Origin: Candidatus Bathyarchaeota archaeon
Lineage (GTDB): Archaea; Thermoproteota; Bathyarchaeia; Bathyarchaeales; Bathyarchaeaceae
Length of the DNA: 43,576 bases
Reading direction: 5' to 3'
Assembly (NCBI GenBank): GCA_030672415.1
Contig: DAOVGL010000024.1
Span: 1 to 43,576 of the forward strand
Below the pieces are notes generated by a model. That model saw nothing but the letters and a program-made list of their open reading frames with translations. It did no database searches and was not told where the DNA came from. A program made the translations under genes and the position numbers. Below, one piece after another: positions 43,495 to 43,576 of this stretch. Every line of letters starts with the position of its first letter. The stretch's first letter is position 1.

Positions 43495-43576
43495 TGAACG
43501 GGAGCTGGGCTTAACCCGGCTGAGAGGACGGTTGAGTGACCGCCGACCGTTTGAACCTGATCCAGGTAATGCTGGC
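43495..43576 (+). ncRNA. TPP (THI-box) riboswitch aptamer, 3-prime end truncated by the window edge
   Basis: Sequence: GAACGGGAGCTGGGCTTAACCCGGCTGAGAGGACGGT...ACCGTTTGAACCTGATCCAGGTAATGCTGGC. It contains the invariant CUGAGA junction after a GCTGGG/CCCGGC hairpin. It also has the ACCUGAUC-CAGG-UAAUG-CUGG pyrophosphate-sensor helix, closely matching the bacterial thiM/thiC consensus ACCUGAUCUGGAUAAUGCCAGC. Confidence 0.75.

Noticed and set aside
1-43576. CRISPR arrays, IS elements or terminal inverted repeats, integrases next to the tRNA, rRNA genes, inteins in the large proteins, and recognisable defence or toxin-antitoxin modules.
   Set aside because: On a visual pass of intergenic regions and the ORF list I found no direct-repeat/spacer periodicity, no transposase or integrase motifs, no oversized insertions in PurL/SMC/ValRS/TFB, and no nuclease/ATPase defence-type gene pairs. 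A computational repeat search could still reveal short dispersed repeats I cannot see.

Overview
Archaeal chromosomal segment. Hallmarks are TFB, Gar1, SRP19, eS8, proteasome alpha, SBDS, exosome Rrp4/Rrp41/Rrp42, eL43, a Brix protein, Pcc1, prefoldin beta and SMC-ScpAB. Genes are densely packed, many junctions are ATGA-type stop/start overlaps, and starts are either GAGGTG-like Shine-Dalgarno or TATA-proximal (leaderless-type). I saw no CRISPR array, rRNA, IS element or recognisable defence island by eye. Layout: (i) a short accessory-looking left edge with a histidine-kinase tail, an orphan ORF, a decayed gene and a parvulin; (ii) tRNA-Cys(GCA) placed 15 nt upstream of cysS; (iii) a large split purine de novo cluster, purF-purD-[HAD-like]-[Ftr-like]-[PfkB kinase] on the + strand converging on purS-purL-purQ, followed by purE-purC-[56-aa ORF]-purM on the - strand; (iv) MFS, DUF116, thiolase/DUF35 and small membrane proteins; (v) smc-scpA-scpB-rps8e-srp19-gar1-tfb on the - strand; (vi) the archaeal proteasome/exosome superoperon; (vii) an ECF transporter energising module (A1-A2-T), an M24-fold hydrolase and valS; (viii) a partial TPP riboswitch running off the right edge. 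The best candidate for something undescribed is the HAD-like/Ftr-like/PfkB triad. It is translationally coupled to purD and sits where a GAR transformylase (purN/purT) would be expected, and no formyl-transfer enzyme of purine synthesis is recognisable anywhere in the window. All calls rest on motif recognition by eye. No database search, HMM or folding program was run.
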